Shown here in pieces: positions 25,061-36,988 of a stretch of DNA of 64,000 nucleotides. Numbering within the stretch: the stretch's first letter is position 1; the number at the start of each line of letters is the position of its first letter. The stretch comes from Squalus acanthias (Eukaryota): assembly GCA_030390025.1 (NCBI GenBank), contig CM059432.1, positions 98,148,001-98,212,000 of the forward strand, given 5' to 3'. The notes under the pieces are model-generated. The model ran no database searches and was not told where the DNA came from. It saw only the letters and a program-made list of their open reading frames with translations. The position numbers and the translations under genes were made by a program.

Positions 25061-28000
25061 ATGGCTTTATTCATCCATGGAGTCTCATTATTGTTTAATT
25101 TGTTCTTTCCTTTTAGCGGAATATATTTTTCCTGCACTCTGTTGAACACCATTTTAAATGTTTCCCATTGCTGTTCTACATCGTTGTTTGCCAATATTGT
25201 TGCCCATTTTTTTCCTAAGTTCTATTCTCAGCCCCTCAAAATCAGCTTTTCTCCAATTTATTAACCTGGTTTTCGTCATACTTATGTCCTTCTCAATTAT
25301 CATCTTAAAACGTATTATATTATGGTTACTATTGCCTATATATTCCCCTACCTTTACTTCTCTTATCTGCTCTGGTTCATTCCCCATTACTAGATCCAAT
25401 AGCGAATCCTGTGTTGTTGGGCTTTTTACATATTGGGTTAGAAAGGAGTCCAGTACACATTGTAGGAACTGCATTCCCTTATCCCCTTTACCTACCTCTT
25501 CTGTCCAATTAAAATCAGGGTAGTTGAAATCCCCCATGATAATATTCTATGGGGGAAAAATTCAGTTGGTTGCGCCTCCCGTTAGCGCCTTAAGAGGGTG
25601 CTAATGGGGCGCAAAGCATCTAGCGCCCAGGCGCGGCGAAGTTTGCGCCGCTCGTGAAATTAACTAGACATTTTGCGGCGGTGCTAAACACTACCGCCAC
25701 GATCTCCTGCGCCGGCAGATCGTGACATCAGTCGAGTGCGCAACGCCCCGGTATCGCCCCGGAGCGGATATTGAGTGGCGCCCCCTGCCTTACTGCCTGA
25801 CGCTAGCAACGACAGGTTGAGGGGAAGCGTTCTGCAGTCATGAGGGGAAAGGGGGGGCGCTATTTAAAGGTGACCGCTTCCTGCCTTTTATTGTTGGTGA
25901 CATTTTTGAACTACGCATTCTGAGAGAGGGAGAGAGACTTCTGGAGAGATTCAACGTTGTGTGAAGGAGTTTTGGGTACTGAGCAGCACTTTGCAGGTTC
26001 ATTTTGATTTGCCATTCCTTGTATCGATTTAGAAGAGACTCTGGGGGCTGCACTCTGAGCTATTTGCCTGGTACTCTCCATTGTTCTTTCCAGCAGATTT
26101 GATGTGCAGGTCTCTCCAGGCCGAGATTCAAGGCTGCAATGAGCAGGATGTGGATGGAAAGCAAGATTAACCATCCCCTTTAAGAACTGGCCCGTGCCAT
26201 TGTGTGTGTGTTCCATTGCTGACTGACATTACATGAGCTTCGCCAGCGCTCTGAGGTAGCGCCTCGCTCCTCGGCCTTTGCGCCTTAAGACAGGTGTGAA
26301 GCGCCTGATTTAGCGCTCCAATCACCTCCAGGGGCGATAAAAGTCAAGTTTGCAGTCGGTGGCGATAATTAGCGCCAGGCGCTAATCTTTGCGCCCGGCC
26401 GATAATTGCGCCCCAAATGGGGCGATACTGAATTTCTCCCCCTATGTTTTTTACTCATTTCCCTAATTTGTCTGCATATTTCTTCCTCCACCTCCCTTTC
26501 ACTATTAGCTGGTCTGTAGACTACGCCTATTAGTGTGATTGATCCTTTATTATCTTTTATCTCTATCCATATGGATTCTATTTTTGTCTTGCTGATATCT
26601 GCGTCACTTTTTTCAACTGCTATTATGTTATCCCTAATAAGTACAGCTACTCCACCTCCCCTTTTTCCCTCTCTATCTTTTCTAAATATGTTATACCCTG
26701 CAATGTTTAATTCCCAGTCCTGATTTTTCTGTAGCCATGTCTCAGTAATCCCTACTATGACTGGTTCCTCGCAATGTATGATTGCCTCCAGCTCCCCTGT
26801 TTTATTACGGACACTGTGCGCATTGCTGTACAGTCAGTTTAACTCATTTTTAATAGGATTTCCTCTCACTTTATGTTTAACCATCTTTTTAGACTTCTGT
26901 TCTATAACTCTATTTATTCCCTACCATGAATGTCCTCCCTTACTTTATTCTTTCCTATGTTCTCTTTTCCTGTTTTGTTTATATTTAGGCTGGTTACGTT
27001 TCTTGTAGATCCCTCCCCCCATCTTACTAGTTTAAAGCCTTTGCCACTTCCCTATTTACCCTTTCCTCTAGGACATGGGTCCCATCCCGGTTCAGGTGGA
27101 GCCCATCCCATCAGTACAGCTCCTTCCTGTCCCAGAACTGGCGCCAGTATCCCATGAAAAGGAACCCCTCTTTCCCACACCAGCCCTTTAGCCACGTGTT
27201 AATTCTCCTGATCTGTCTGCTTCTATGCCAATTTGCACATGGCTTGGGCAATAATCCAGAGATTATTACCCTCGAGGTCCTGCTTTTTAATTTAGATCCT
27301 AACTCCTGATACTCTTTCAGCAGGACCTCCTCCCTGTTCCTACCTATGTCGTTTGTTCCAACATGGACCATGACAACTGGATTTCCACCCTCCCTTTCCA
27401 AGTTCCTCTTCAGCCGTCATGAGATATCCCTTACCCTGGCACCGGGTAGGCAACACACCCTTCGGGATTCTCGTTCTTGGCTGTAGAGGACGCTATCTAT
27501 CCCCCTAATTATAGAGTCCCCTATCACTACCACATTTCTATTCTGCTCTTCCTCACCTTGGACAGCCTTCCGAGCCACGGTGCCTTGGTCTGCATTGTGG
27601 CTGTCCTCCCTGCAGTCTTTCTCCTTGCTCTCACAGGTAGTGAGTACATCATACCTGTTGGACAGGACCAGTGTCTGCAGGACCTCCTTCTCAACCTCTC
27701 CTAAATCCCCGCTACCCGTCTCCCTAACAGTCACACCCTCCCCTTCCTGAACCTGTGCTTTCCTCTGGGGTGTGACTGTATTCTGGATAAAACTGTCCAG
27801 AAATTCCTCCCCCTCCCTTATGTGTCGGAGTGTCTCCAACTCGCACTCCAGCTCAATGCCACTGAGCCGGAGAGATTCGAGATGGAGACATCTCCTGCAG
27901 ACGTGTTTGCTCAGGACAGTCTCACTGTCCACAAACTCCCACATACTGCAGTCCAGACACACAACCTGCTCTGCCATATCTTAGTCTAGCCTTATTTTAT

Positions 28001-28320
28001 TTATTTAATTAGTTAAAGTCTTTAAACAATGATTATTTATAGTTATATTAATTAGTTTAACTAGTTAAGCTATAAATTTAATACAGTATGTTATATTTTC
28101 CTGCTCTTAGTTTAAAACACTGTCCTAGGTTAGAGAGAAAAAAAACCTTAATACACACCAACCAATCATCTACCTGCTGTCCTGTGACATCACATCTTGT
28201 TTTTCTTGGAAATTGTGGAAGGTCCCGCCGCCGCTGATACCGCCTCTGATTAGGTCTGCCCTGTTCCTCCGCTCTCTGCTTTATGGCCCACCGCCGCCAC
28301 TGGTGCCTCCAAGGCACCCT
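25060..28320 (-). mobile_element. Decayed CR1 LINE 5' half (5' UTR, ORF1, endonuclease), interrupted by the MITE at 25551-26442
   Basis: ORFs 27417-27977 and 27111-27401 give CxxC...CxxC zinc finger, GDS and HVGTND (SGNH esterase). ORF 25154-25537 gives MGDFNYP...LDL of the endonuclease. Confidence 0.9.
25551..26442 (-). mobile_element. 892-bp non-autonomous Harbinger derivative, inverted sister of 21944-22835
   Basis: GGGGGAAAAATT...AATTTCTCCCCC with a perfect TSD TAT (25548-25550, 26443-26445). Confidence 0.95.
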
Positions 28321-29121
28321 ATCAATTCCAGGGCACTAAGGACAATAATATATCATCAGGCAGGGCAGAATCAGCTAGAGTTCCACCTATGAATGCCATC
28401 CCATGATCCCTGTGTTTCTGCTTGGGCGTTCTCCCCTGTTTACAACTGGACAACCATTTCCATAAGCAGACTGTCCCTGGTTAATGTAGCCCAGGTTCAA
28501 TGATAACCAGATATGTATGGCAGAGGCCCATGCCTGATCTGTATGGGCATTCAGGCCACTGTTAAACTGGTCGCTGCCATTTTTTAGGTGGCCCTGGTGA
28601 CTGCCTGAAATGAATGCAGGCCTCATTTCAATATAGAGCCGCCTGTAAAAAATTTGATTTCCTCTTTTATGCCAGATGCCTTTTATTTCCCTCAACAATT
28701 CTTAATAAACCCCAATATTAAACCTAACCCTGAATAAATCCAAATTTTTATTTGAATATATGATAGTGATTATTATGATATGACTGTACATCACAAAACA
28801 TATAGCACAAGACTAGCTAGTATAATTGCAGAAAATATGAAGTAAGAGTTCAGGAACATCACTTGTGTTTATGCTTTGATTGCAATTAGTTATTTCAGTC
28901 ATTAGCTTTTTGGTGTAACTTAATTCTAAAAATGAAGTAGAACATAATTACAAAATAAACAAGCAGGCAAATTTTCAAATGCACAATTTCCCTTGTCACA
29001 CTAGCAGAGAAGAATAACAAATTAGAAGGAATAAAACATAGAACATAGAACATAGAACAGTACAGCACAGTACAGGCCCTTCGGCCCTCGATGTTGTGCC
29101 GAGCATTGTCCGAGACCAAGA

Positions 29122-32028
29122 TCAAGCTATCACACTCCCTATCACTCTGGTGTGCTCCATGTGCTTATCCAATAACCGCTTGAAAGTTCCTAAAGTGTCC
29201 GACTCCACTATCACAGCAGGCAGTCCATTCCACACCCCAACCACTCTCTGAGTAAAGAATCTACCTCGGACATCCCTTCTATATCTCCCCCCATGCACCT
29301 TATAGTTATGCCCCCTTGTAACAGCTGCCTCTACCCGAGGAAATAGTCTCTGAACATCCACTCTATCTATCCCCCTCATCATCTTATAAACCTCTATTAA
29401 GTCGCCTCTCATCCTCCTCCTCTCTAAAGAGAAAAGCCCCAACTCACTCAATCTTTCCTCATAAGACCTGCCCCCCAAACCAGGCAGCATCCTGGTAAAT
29501 CTCCTTTGCACTCTTTCCAATGCTTCCACGTCCTTCCTATAGTGAGGTGACCAGAACTGCACACAATATTCCAAATGTGGTCTCACCAAGGTCCTGTACA
29601 GTTGCAGCATAACCTCACGGTTCTTAAACTCAAACCCTCTGTTAATAAACGCCAACACACCATAGGCCTTCTTTACTGCTCTATCCACTTGAGTGGCAAC
29701 CTTCAGAGATCTGTGGATATGAACCCCCAGATCCCTCTGCTCCTCCACGTTCCTCAGAACCCTGCCGTTGACCCTGTAATCCTTATTCAAATTTGCCCTA
29801 CCAAAATGAATCACCTCGCACTTATCAGGGTTAAATTCCATCTGCCATTTTTCGGCCCAGCTCTGCATCCTATCAATGTCTCTTTGCAGCCTACAACAGC
29901 CCTCCACCTCATCCACTGCTCCACCAATCTTGGTGTCATCAGCAAATTTACTGATCCACCCTTCAGTCCCCTCCTCCAAGTCATTGATAAAAATCACAAA
30001 CAGCAGAGGACCCAGCACCGACCCCTGTGGCACACCGCTGGTAACTGGTCTCCAGTCCGAAAATGTTCCATCCACCACCACCCTCTGCCTTCTATGAGAT
30101 AGCCAGTTACTTATCCAATCGGCCAAATTTCCCTCTATCCCACAACTCCTTACTTTCTTCATGAGCCGACCATGGGGAACCTTATCAAACGCCTTACTAA
30201 AATCCATGTATACGACATCAACTGCTCTACCTTCATCTACACACTTAGTTACCTCCTCAAAGAATTCAATCAAATTTGTTAGGCAAGACTTACCCTTCAC
30301 GAATCCGTGTTGACTATCCCTGATTAAGTTGCCCCTTTCCAAATGGTCATAAATCCTATCCCTCAGGACCTTTTCCATTATCTTACCAACCACCGAAGTA
30401 AGACTAACCGGCCTATAATTACCAGGGTCATTCCTATTTCCTTTCTTGAAGAGAGGAACAACATTCGCCACTCTCCAGTCCTCTGGCACCATTCCCGTGG
30501 ACAGTGAGGACCCAAAGATCAAAGCCAGAGGCTCTGCAATCTCCTCCCTTGCCTCCCAAAGAATCCTAGGATATATCCCATCTGGCCCAGGGGACTTATC
30601 GACCCTCAGGTTCTTCAAAATTGCTAAAACATCTTCCCTCAGAACATCTACCACCTCCAGCCTATCCACCTTTATCACACTCTCATCCTCAAGAACATGG
30701 CCCCTCTCCTCGGTGAACACTGACGAAAAGTATTCATTCATCACCTCTCCTATCTCTTCTGACTCCATGCACAAGTTCCCACTACTGTCCTTGACCGGCC
30801 CTACCCTCACCCTGGTCATTCTTTTATTTCTCACATAAGAGTAAAAAGCCTTGGGGTTTTTCTTGATCCGACCCGCCAAGGACTTCTCATGCCCCCTCCT
30901 AGCTCTCCTAAGCTCTTTTTTTAGCTCATTCCTTGCTACCTTGTACCCCTCAATCGACCCAACTGAACCTTGTTTTCTCATCCTTACATACGCTTCCTTT
31001 TTCCTCTTGACTAGACATTCAACCTCTTTTGTGAACCATGGTTCTCTCACTCGGCCATCTCCTCCCTGCCTGACAGGGACATACCTATCAAGGACACGCA
31101 GTAATTGCTCCATGAAAAAGCTCCACTTTTCGTTTGTGCCTTTCCCTGATAGTTTCTGTTCCCATCTTATACTCCCTAATTCTTGCCTAATCGCATCATA
31201 ATTACCCCTCCCCCAATTATAAACCCTGCCCTGCCGTATGGCCCTATCCCTCTCCATTGCAATAGTGAAAGTTACCGAATTGTGGTCACTATCTCCAAAG
31301 TGCTCTCCCACATACAAATCAAACACTTGGCCCGGTTCATTACCCAGTACCAAATCCAACGTGGCCCCACCTCTTGTCGGCCTATCCACATATTGTGTCA
31401 GGAAACCCTCCTGCACACACTGTGCAAAAACTATCCCATCCGAACTGTTTGACCTATAAAGGTTCCAATCAATATTTGGAAAGTTGAAGTCACCCATGAC
31501 AACTACTCTGTGACCTCCACACCTATTCATAATCTGCTTTGCAATTTCTTCCTCCACATCTTTATTACTATTTGGGGGCCTGTAGAAAACTCCTAACAAC
31601 GTGACCGCTCCTTTCCTATTTCTAACTTCAGCCCATATTACCTCAGACGGCAGATCCCCCTCGAACTGCCTTTCTGCCGCTGTTAAACTATCCTTGATTA
31701 ACAATGCTACTCCTCCACCTTTCTTATCAACTTCCCTACTCTTACTGAAACATCTATACCCCGGAACTTCCAACAACCATTCCTGTCCCTGTTCTAACCA
31801 TGTCTCCGTAATGGCCACCACATCGTAGTCCCAAGTACCAATCCACGCTCCAAGTTCTCCTACCTTATTCCGGATGCTCCTTGCATTGAAGTAGACACAC
31901 TTCAAGCCATCTTCCTGTCTGCCGGTACATTCCTGCGACCTTGATACCCTCCTCAGTACCTCCCTACACTCACCACTGGCTCGTGGACTACAGCCCTTTT
32001 TCCCATCCCCCTGACAAATTAGTTTAAA
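29122..32028 (-). CDS. CR1 ORF2p (APE endonuclease and reverse transcriptase), uninterrupted, start mechanism unclear
   Basis: YFNARS, ITETW, GDFN, SDH, then KSPGPDG, GVPQGSVLGP, FADD. The track start at 32139 is TTG; the first ATG lies well inside the endonuclease. The 5' boundary given here is the slippery site. Confidence 0.93.
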   Translation of the reverse strand, partial: FKLICQGDGKKGCSPRASGECREVLRRVSRSQECTGRQEDGLKCVYFNARSIRNKVGELGAWIGTWDYDVVAITETWLEQGQEWLLEVPGYRCFSKSREVDKKGGGVALLIKDSLTAAERQFEGDLPSEVIWAEVRNRKGAVTLLGVFYRPPNSNKDVEEEIAKQIMNRCGGHRVVVMGDFNFPNIDWNLYRSNSSDGIVFAQCVQEGFLTQYVDRPTRGGATLDLVLGNEPGQVFDLYVGEHFGDSDHNSVTFTIAMERDRAIRQGRVYNWGRGNYDAIRQELGSIRWEQKLSGKGTNEKWSFFMEQLLRVLDRYVPVRQGGDGRVREPWFTKEVECLVKRKKEAYVRMRKQGSVGSIEGYKVARNELKKELRRARRGHEKSLAGRIKKNPKAFYSYVRNKRMTRVRVGPVKDSSGNLCMESEEIGEVMNEYFSSVFTEERGHVLEDESVIKVDRLEVVDVLREDVLAILKNLRVDKSPGPDGIYPRILWEAREEIAEPLALIFGSSLSTGMVPEDWRVANVVPLFKKGNRNDPGNYRPVSLTSVVGKIMEKVLRDRIYDHLERGNLIRDSQHGFVKGKSCLTNLIEFFEEVTKCVDEGRAVDVVYMDFSKAFDKVPHGRLMKKVRSCGIEGNLADWISNWLSHRRQRVVVDGTFSDWRPVTSGVPQGSVLGPLLFVIFINDLEEGTEGWISKFADDTKIGGAVDEVEGCCRLQRDIDRMQSWAEKWQMEFNPDKCEVIHFGRANLNKDYRVNGRVLRNVEEQRDLGVHIHRSLKVATQVDRAVKKAYGVLAFINRGFEFKNREVMLQLYRTLVRPHLEYCVQFWSPHYRKDVEALERVQRRFTRMLPGLGGRSYEERLSELGLFSLERRRMRGDLIEVYKMMRGIDRVDVQRLFPRVEAAVTRGHNYKVHGGRYRRDVRGRFFTQRVVGVWNGLPAVIVESDTLGTFKRLLDKHMEHTRVIGSVIA

Positions 32029-32945
32029 CCCCCCCGAAGAGCCGTAGCAAATTTCCCTCCCAGGATATTGGTGCCCCTCTGGTTCAGGTGCAAACCATCC
32101 TGTTTGTACAGGTCCCACCTTCCCCAGAATGTGCTCCAATTATCCACATAACTGAAACCCTCCCCCCTACACCATCCCTGCAGCCACGTGTTTATCTGCA
32201 CTCTCTCCCTGTTCCTCAACTCGCTAGCACGTGGCACCGGCAACAAACCAGAAATTACAACATGGTTTGTACTGGCTCTCAGCTTCCAACCTAGCTCCCT
32301 AAATTCCTGTTTTAAATCCCCGTCCCTTCTCCTACCTATGTCGTTGGTACCGATGTGTACCACGACTTGTGATTGTTCCCCTTCCCCTTTGAGGATTCTG
32401 AAAACACGGTCCGAGACGTCACGGACCCTGGCACCCGGGAGGCAACATACCATCCGTGAGTCTCTTTTGCTGCCACAGAACCTCCTATCTGTCCCTCTGA
32501 CTATTGAGTCCCCAATAACTATTGCTCTCCTGCTCTCCCCCCTTCCCTTCTGAGCCACAGGGACGGACCCAGCGCCGGAGATCCGGTCACCGTGGCTTAC
32601 CACTGGTAAGTCGTCCCCCTCAACAGTATTCAAAGCGGTATACCTGTTACTGAGGGGAACGACCACAGAGGATCCCTGCACTGACTGCTTCCTCCTAGCC
32701 CCTCTCACCGTCACCCATCTATCTTCATGCTTTGGAGTAATTACATCCCTGAAGCTTCTATCTATGACCTCCTCTGCCTCCCGAATGATCCGAAGTTCAT
32801 CCAGCTCCAGCTCCAGTTCCCTAACACGGTTTTCGAGGAGCTGGAGATGGGTGCACTTCCCACAGGTGTAATCAGCAGGGACACCTACGGCGTCCCTCAC
32901 CTCAAACATTCTGCAGGAGGAACATTTCACTGCCTCTCCTGCCAT
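32019..32945 (-). CDS. CR1 ORF1p (zinc finger, coiled coil, SGNH esterase-like), 308 aa
   Basis: CSSC...CGKC, LENRVRELELELDELR, then GDSIVR, HIGTND and DGLHL motifs. Confidence 0.95.
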   Translation of the reverse strand: MAGEAVKCSSCRMFEVRDAVGVPADYTCGKCTHLQLLENRVRELELELDELRIIREAEEVIDRSFRDVITPKHEDRWVTVRGARRKQSVQGSSVVVPLSNRYTALNTVEGDDLPVVSHGDRISGAGSVPVAQKGRGESRRAIVIGDSIVRGTDRRFCGSKRDSRMVCCLPGARVRDVSDRVFRILKGEGEQSQVVVHIGTNDIGRRRDGDLKQEFRELGWKLRASTNHVVISGLLPVPRASELRNRERVQINTWLQGWCRGEGFSYVDNWSTFWGRWDLYKQDGLHLNQRGTNILGGKFATALRGGLN

Positions 32946-33987
32946 CCCCTCCAGCTAACTTGCAGATTAAACTAGAACAAAAAAGAGCTTACCTGATAGT
33001 CACTCACCTCCTTTAGGTTAGAGGAGGAGGAAGGGTGGGGGACACTACAAGTGTAGTGTCTCGGGTTTAGGAACCGCCCAACTTAAATACAGGTAAAAAT
33101 TAATCACCTACCCAGCAACCACTGCGTCCCGCACTTTAAAAGCCTCTGTAGGCCTACCTGGTCGCCGCCGCCTCTTGACTCCTCCGCCTCGCCGCATAAG
33201 GGGGAATTGGAACTCCCTCCACCAAGTGAAAACCAGGCGGAATGGGAGTTAAGTTACTGATCGAAGCCTGACCCGCAGCCATTTTAATGTTGTTTGCAGA
33301 TGGCTGAGGCATCCACCTGACTGAATTGGGAGCCTCATAAATTTATGCAAATAGTGGTTCCATCACTTAGATTGGACCCAGATAAAATTTTAATGGCCGA
33401 CTGAGCTGGCAGTAAAGTAAATTTGGCAGGCAAAAAGTGGATTCCCTCCAAGCAATATTCCCTTTAATTTTTTTTTGGGTGCGCGGCCCATTCAAAATAA
33501 CATGCATGCGTGGTTTTTCCTATTTAAAAGCCATCTCACCGGCTGCGCAGGAGCTGCAGAGCACTGCCGAGCTGCGTGGCTTAAAGGGAACGCTGCCTGT
33601 AAGGTAAGGTTCTCTTTGTGTGGCCAGGAAGATTAGGAGTGCTCCTCTGGGCCCCACAAAGACATTTTGGGCCACGGTCACCCGGGCTCTCGCACCCGCT
33701 CCACCCATGAAACCCTCCTGAACTCCCGCGACTTACCTGACTGCCGGCCTGGTGGTCTGGGCCACCTGCTCTTTGAAGGCCAAAACTCGGTGAGCTGCGT
33801 CAAGTTGCCCATTTTGAGTGGGCAGCAGGCTAGCGGGATGTAAATGAGGCCCGGCTGTTAAAATGGACCGGGCCTGCCACTACTGATCCAGGCCAGTGGA
33901 CCACGCATCCCAATGGCTTCCCACTCGGAGGTTAACATTCCCTCTATAGAGCCTTAGCCAGTGAGGAAGAAGAAAATGACAGAGATT

Positions 33988-34831
33988 GGGCAGAATTTTC
34001 ATTGACCCGTGGAGGCGGGTTTGGAGGCGTGTGGGGTGGGAAAATAGCAGATTCGGTGGTCCTGAACCCATCCCGCCCCCAACCCGCCTCCATGCCAGTT
34101 TCGCTGGAGGCGGGTACCCGACCTGTGCTGGGAGCGGCCTCCCCGAGGCGGGAAGGGGATTCGTGACAATGAACTGCCTGTTAACAGGTAGTTAACAGGA
34201 AGTTTTTTGCCTAATCCCTATTTTTAGCCCTGAAGTGTGGGCTTCCCAACAGGTCCGAACCACGCCGATTTAGCGAGGCGGACCGTCGGTCTGGAGGGGT
34301 TGGAGGGGTCGATATGTCCGGTGGGCAGGTGAGTGATGGGTGCATGTGTGCAGAGGTAAGTGTGTAAGGTAAGTGTAAAGTATGGAAAAAAGTTTTACTT
34401 ACCTTAACTTCCTCCTGCAGGTGTCAGCCCTTCAGGTCTCGGGAGTCAGAAATCTCACCGGCAAAGAAAGCAGAATGGCCGTTGAGCTGTCAAAAGCTGC
34501 AGTCTCTGCTTTCTGTGCTGGATTGATTTCTAACTGAGTCTAAGTACAGGGACTCACGTTAGAAATCATATTGTCAGTGTTTGACAGCTTCACAGAGCTG
34601 TCAAACATTGAAATTTCATCTGTCAAAAGCTCTTGACAGATGAAATTTCAATGGCTGACGTCACCTGTATCCAAGGGACCCTTGATTGGCCTGCTAAGCC
34701 CGCTGGGCGGGCTTAACAAGGTCAATCAAGGGAAAATACAGTGGGTTGGCCACAAGTCAATGGAGGCGGGACTACAACCCAAAAAGTGGGAGTTCCGCCT
34801 CCATCACGTCCCCATTGACAAAATCCAGCCC
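33988..34831 (+). mobile_element. Non-autonomous Harbinger-type element
   Basis: GGGCAGAATTTT...AAAATCCAGCCC with a 3-bp TSD ATT. Confidence 0.85.
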
Positions 34832-35031
34832 ATTGAATCACACATGGCAGATGCAAAGGGAAGATTTTCTTCCCTGTTGCACCTAGGGAATGCCCGGAGG
34901 AAGTCAAAGTACTTTTGAAAAATGAAGTTACTCCCCTTTGGGAGTCTTGGTCAGGAACTGATGGGTCCTGGGTTCCCATCTGAAGCTCAGTACACCTCAC
35001 CTCATTTTACATACTGATGCCCAGATACACT

Positions 35032-36988
35032 GGGCTTGATTTTGCCATTGGGGTCGGGCTGGGACGTGTCAGGTGGTTTTCGTGTCAGGACCCCGACTCC
35101 GATGTGAAGTGGGAAGAAAGTGCGATTTTCCCCTAATTGGGCACTTGATTTGCAGCGTGTGGGAACCACTGGCCCAATTAGTCTTTCCATCCTGAAAGTC
35201 GCCTCCGATGACGTCATCAGTGCTGCTGGATTTAAGGCCTGCAAGCAGCCTTGCTTCTTCTGGAGACTGGAAACGCTTTGGACATTGTATGAAGGACTTC
35301 ATTTACTGACCATGTCCACCAGCAAGCAAAAGTGTGCACCTCACTTTGATGAGCCCTCCCTCCAAGCTCTTGTGCAGGGAGCAAAATCTAATAAGGAGGT
35401 GCTCTTCCCTTCCTCAGGGAGAAAAAAGCCACTACAACAGACTAAAGCTGTGTGGCTGCAAGTGGCCCAGGAGGTCAATGCCATCTCTATGTGCCGCAGA
35501 ACCTGGCTGCAGTGCAGGAAGAGGTTTCATGACCTTCTCCGCACAGGAAAAGTGAGTATGACTTTCTCATCACCCTCAATCTCATCCCCATCCCCATCGC
35601 CTCTCCTCACCAGCACTCTGCTTTGCCAACCTCGTCCTCCACATCCCACTTGACACTGACATCCCTGCACCCTTACCCATTCCCTCTCTCTCTATGGTCA
35701 CATTCACTTAACTATTCGACCATGCAGCCCTCACACTCCCTATCACTGTGACGCAATGACAACAACTTACAACACACAGAGAGGGCCCTTTGTCTCCTTC
35801 TAAGCATTTATGCTATGGAGTCTCTACACTCACTCCTTCATTCTCACTCAAACTCCACTTGTGTCCCTCATTGCAGGAATAGAGAGCCCACAATAAGAGG
35901 GAAAGAGCAAGGACAGGAGGAGGGCCACCCTCAGTAGCCCAGCTCACCACCTCGGAGGAGGCGGCCCTGGAAATTGCCGGGATCGAGGAGGATTCCCAAG
36001 TGGGGGACGGACAGGCGGGCGCATCACAGCAAGCTGGTGACAGAATAGTTTGGCATCTCTCTCATTGACATTGCATGAGTGACTGATAATGATTCTAATG
36101 CTCTAACAGATTGACTTATGATCATCTGCACAATTCAATGTGCATGCAACCTTTGCCTCACATCTCTAACTCTTTCCTTTACTCCCCCACAGGACCATCG
36201 ACAGCCCCCGTCCCCACTGTCCAGGAGGAAGAGCCTGAGCTTCCAGACTCCTCAGAGGAAGCTGTAACCTCTGAGGGCGCTCCGTCGGCAGAATTAAGCG
36301 CACCCTGCACCAGCGCAGACACTCACACCTCGGTGGGACCTTCGGGACATAGAGTAGAGTTGTCACCTGGTGTATCACAGCTCACAAGTGAACATCAGCA
36401 GATGGTGGAGACAGGGACAGCAGTGGAGAGTCCTCGTCACAGTGGAGAGGACGCCCCCAGCTCGGCCATGCTTCTGGTATGTGCCTCAGTTGAGGAAGCG
36501 CTCAGTCAAGGTGGCGAGAGGGATTTCCCAGGAGGTCACACTGGAGATGGGTGTCAGGCTCCAAACTTTCACAACAATGGGTATGCCTGCAAAAGTTCCC
36601 CCAGACCTGAGACAACAAAGTTCTGCCACCTGCAAATGATGATTGCTGAAAACTCCTTTTTAATGGTGGAGCTGCAGCTGTTAGTAAGCAGTCCACTTGT
36701 GAGGCCGCCAGGATTCACTGGCATGTTCCAGAGGAGACGTGCAGGACGTGGGAAAAGTGGGAAAATCAGAAAGGCCTCTCAAAATGGGATTATAGAGGCA
36801 CTTAACTGGTTGTTAAGGGCCTTAAGGGCCTATCCCGCCTCTTGGAGGCGGGATGGAAATGGGGTCAGAAAACACGCATTTGGGAAAATTGCTCGGAGGC
36901 AGGATGGAGGCGGGATCGGGCCCACCCGCCATTTTTTGCGATTTTACGCCTCCAATCCCGCCTCCTCGGGCCTGGCAAAATCGAGCCC
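35032..36988 (+). mobile_element. Harbinger deletion derivative (Myb exons 1-2 and part of 3, no transposase)
   Basis: GGGCTTGATTTT...AAAATCGAGCCC with TSD ACT. Exon 1 at 35312-35551 (W...RTWLQCRKRFHDL then GTGAGT). Exon 2 starts at 35877 with an in-frame TAG at its second codon. Confidence 0.9.

Larger units (their letters stand above)
29035..33195 (-). mobile_element. Full-length CR1 LINE with two open ORFs
   Basis: GC-rich 5' end, ORF1, ORF2, short 3' UTR and (TTCTATG)n tail. Candidate TSD ATAA at 29031-29034 and 33196-33199. Confidence 0.95.

Noticed and set aside
32029..32139. TTG at 32139 as the real ORF2 start
   Set aside because: It is only the first alternative start codon in the open frame, inside ORF1, and non-AUG initiation there is unsupported.
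29575..32975. Many plus-strand ORFs over the CR1
   Set aside because: Antisense shadows of ORF1 and ORF2.
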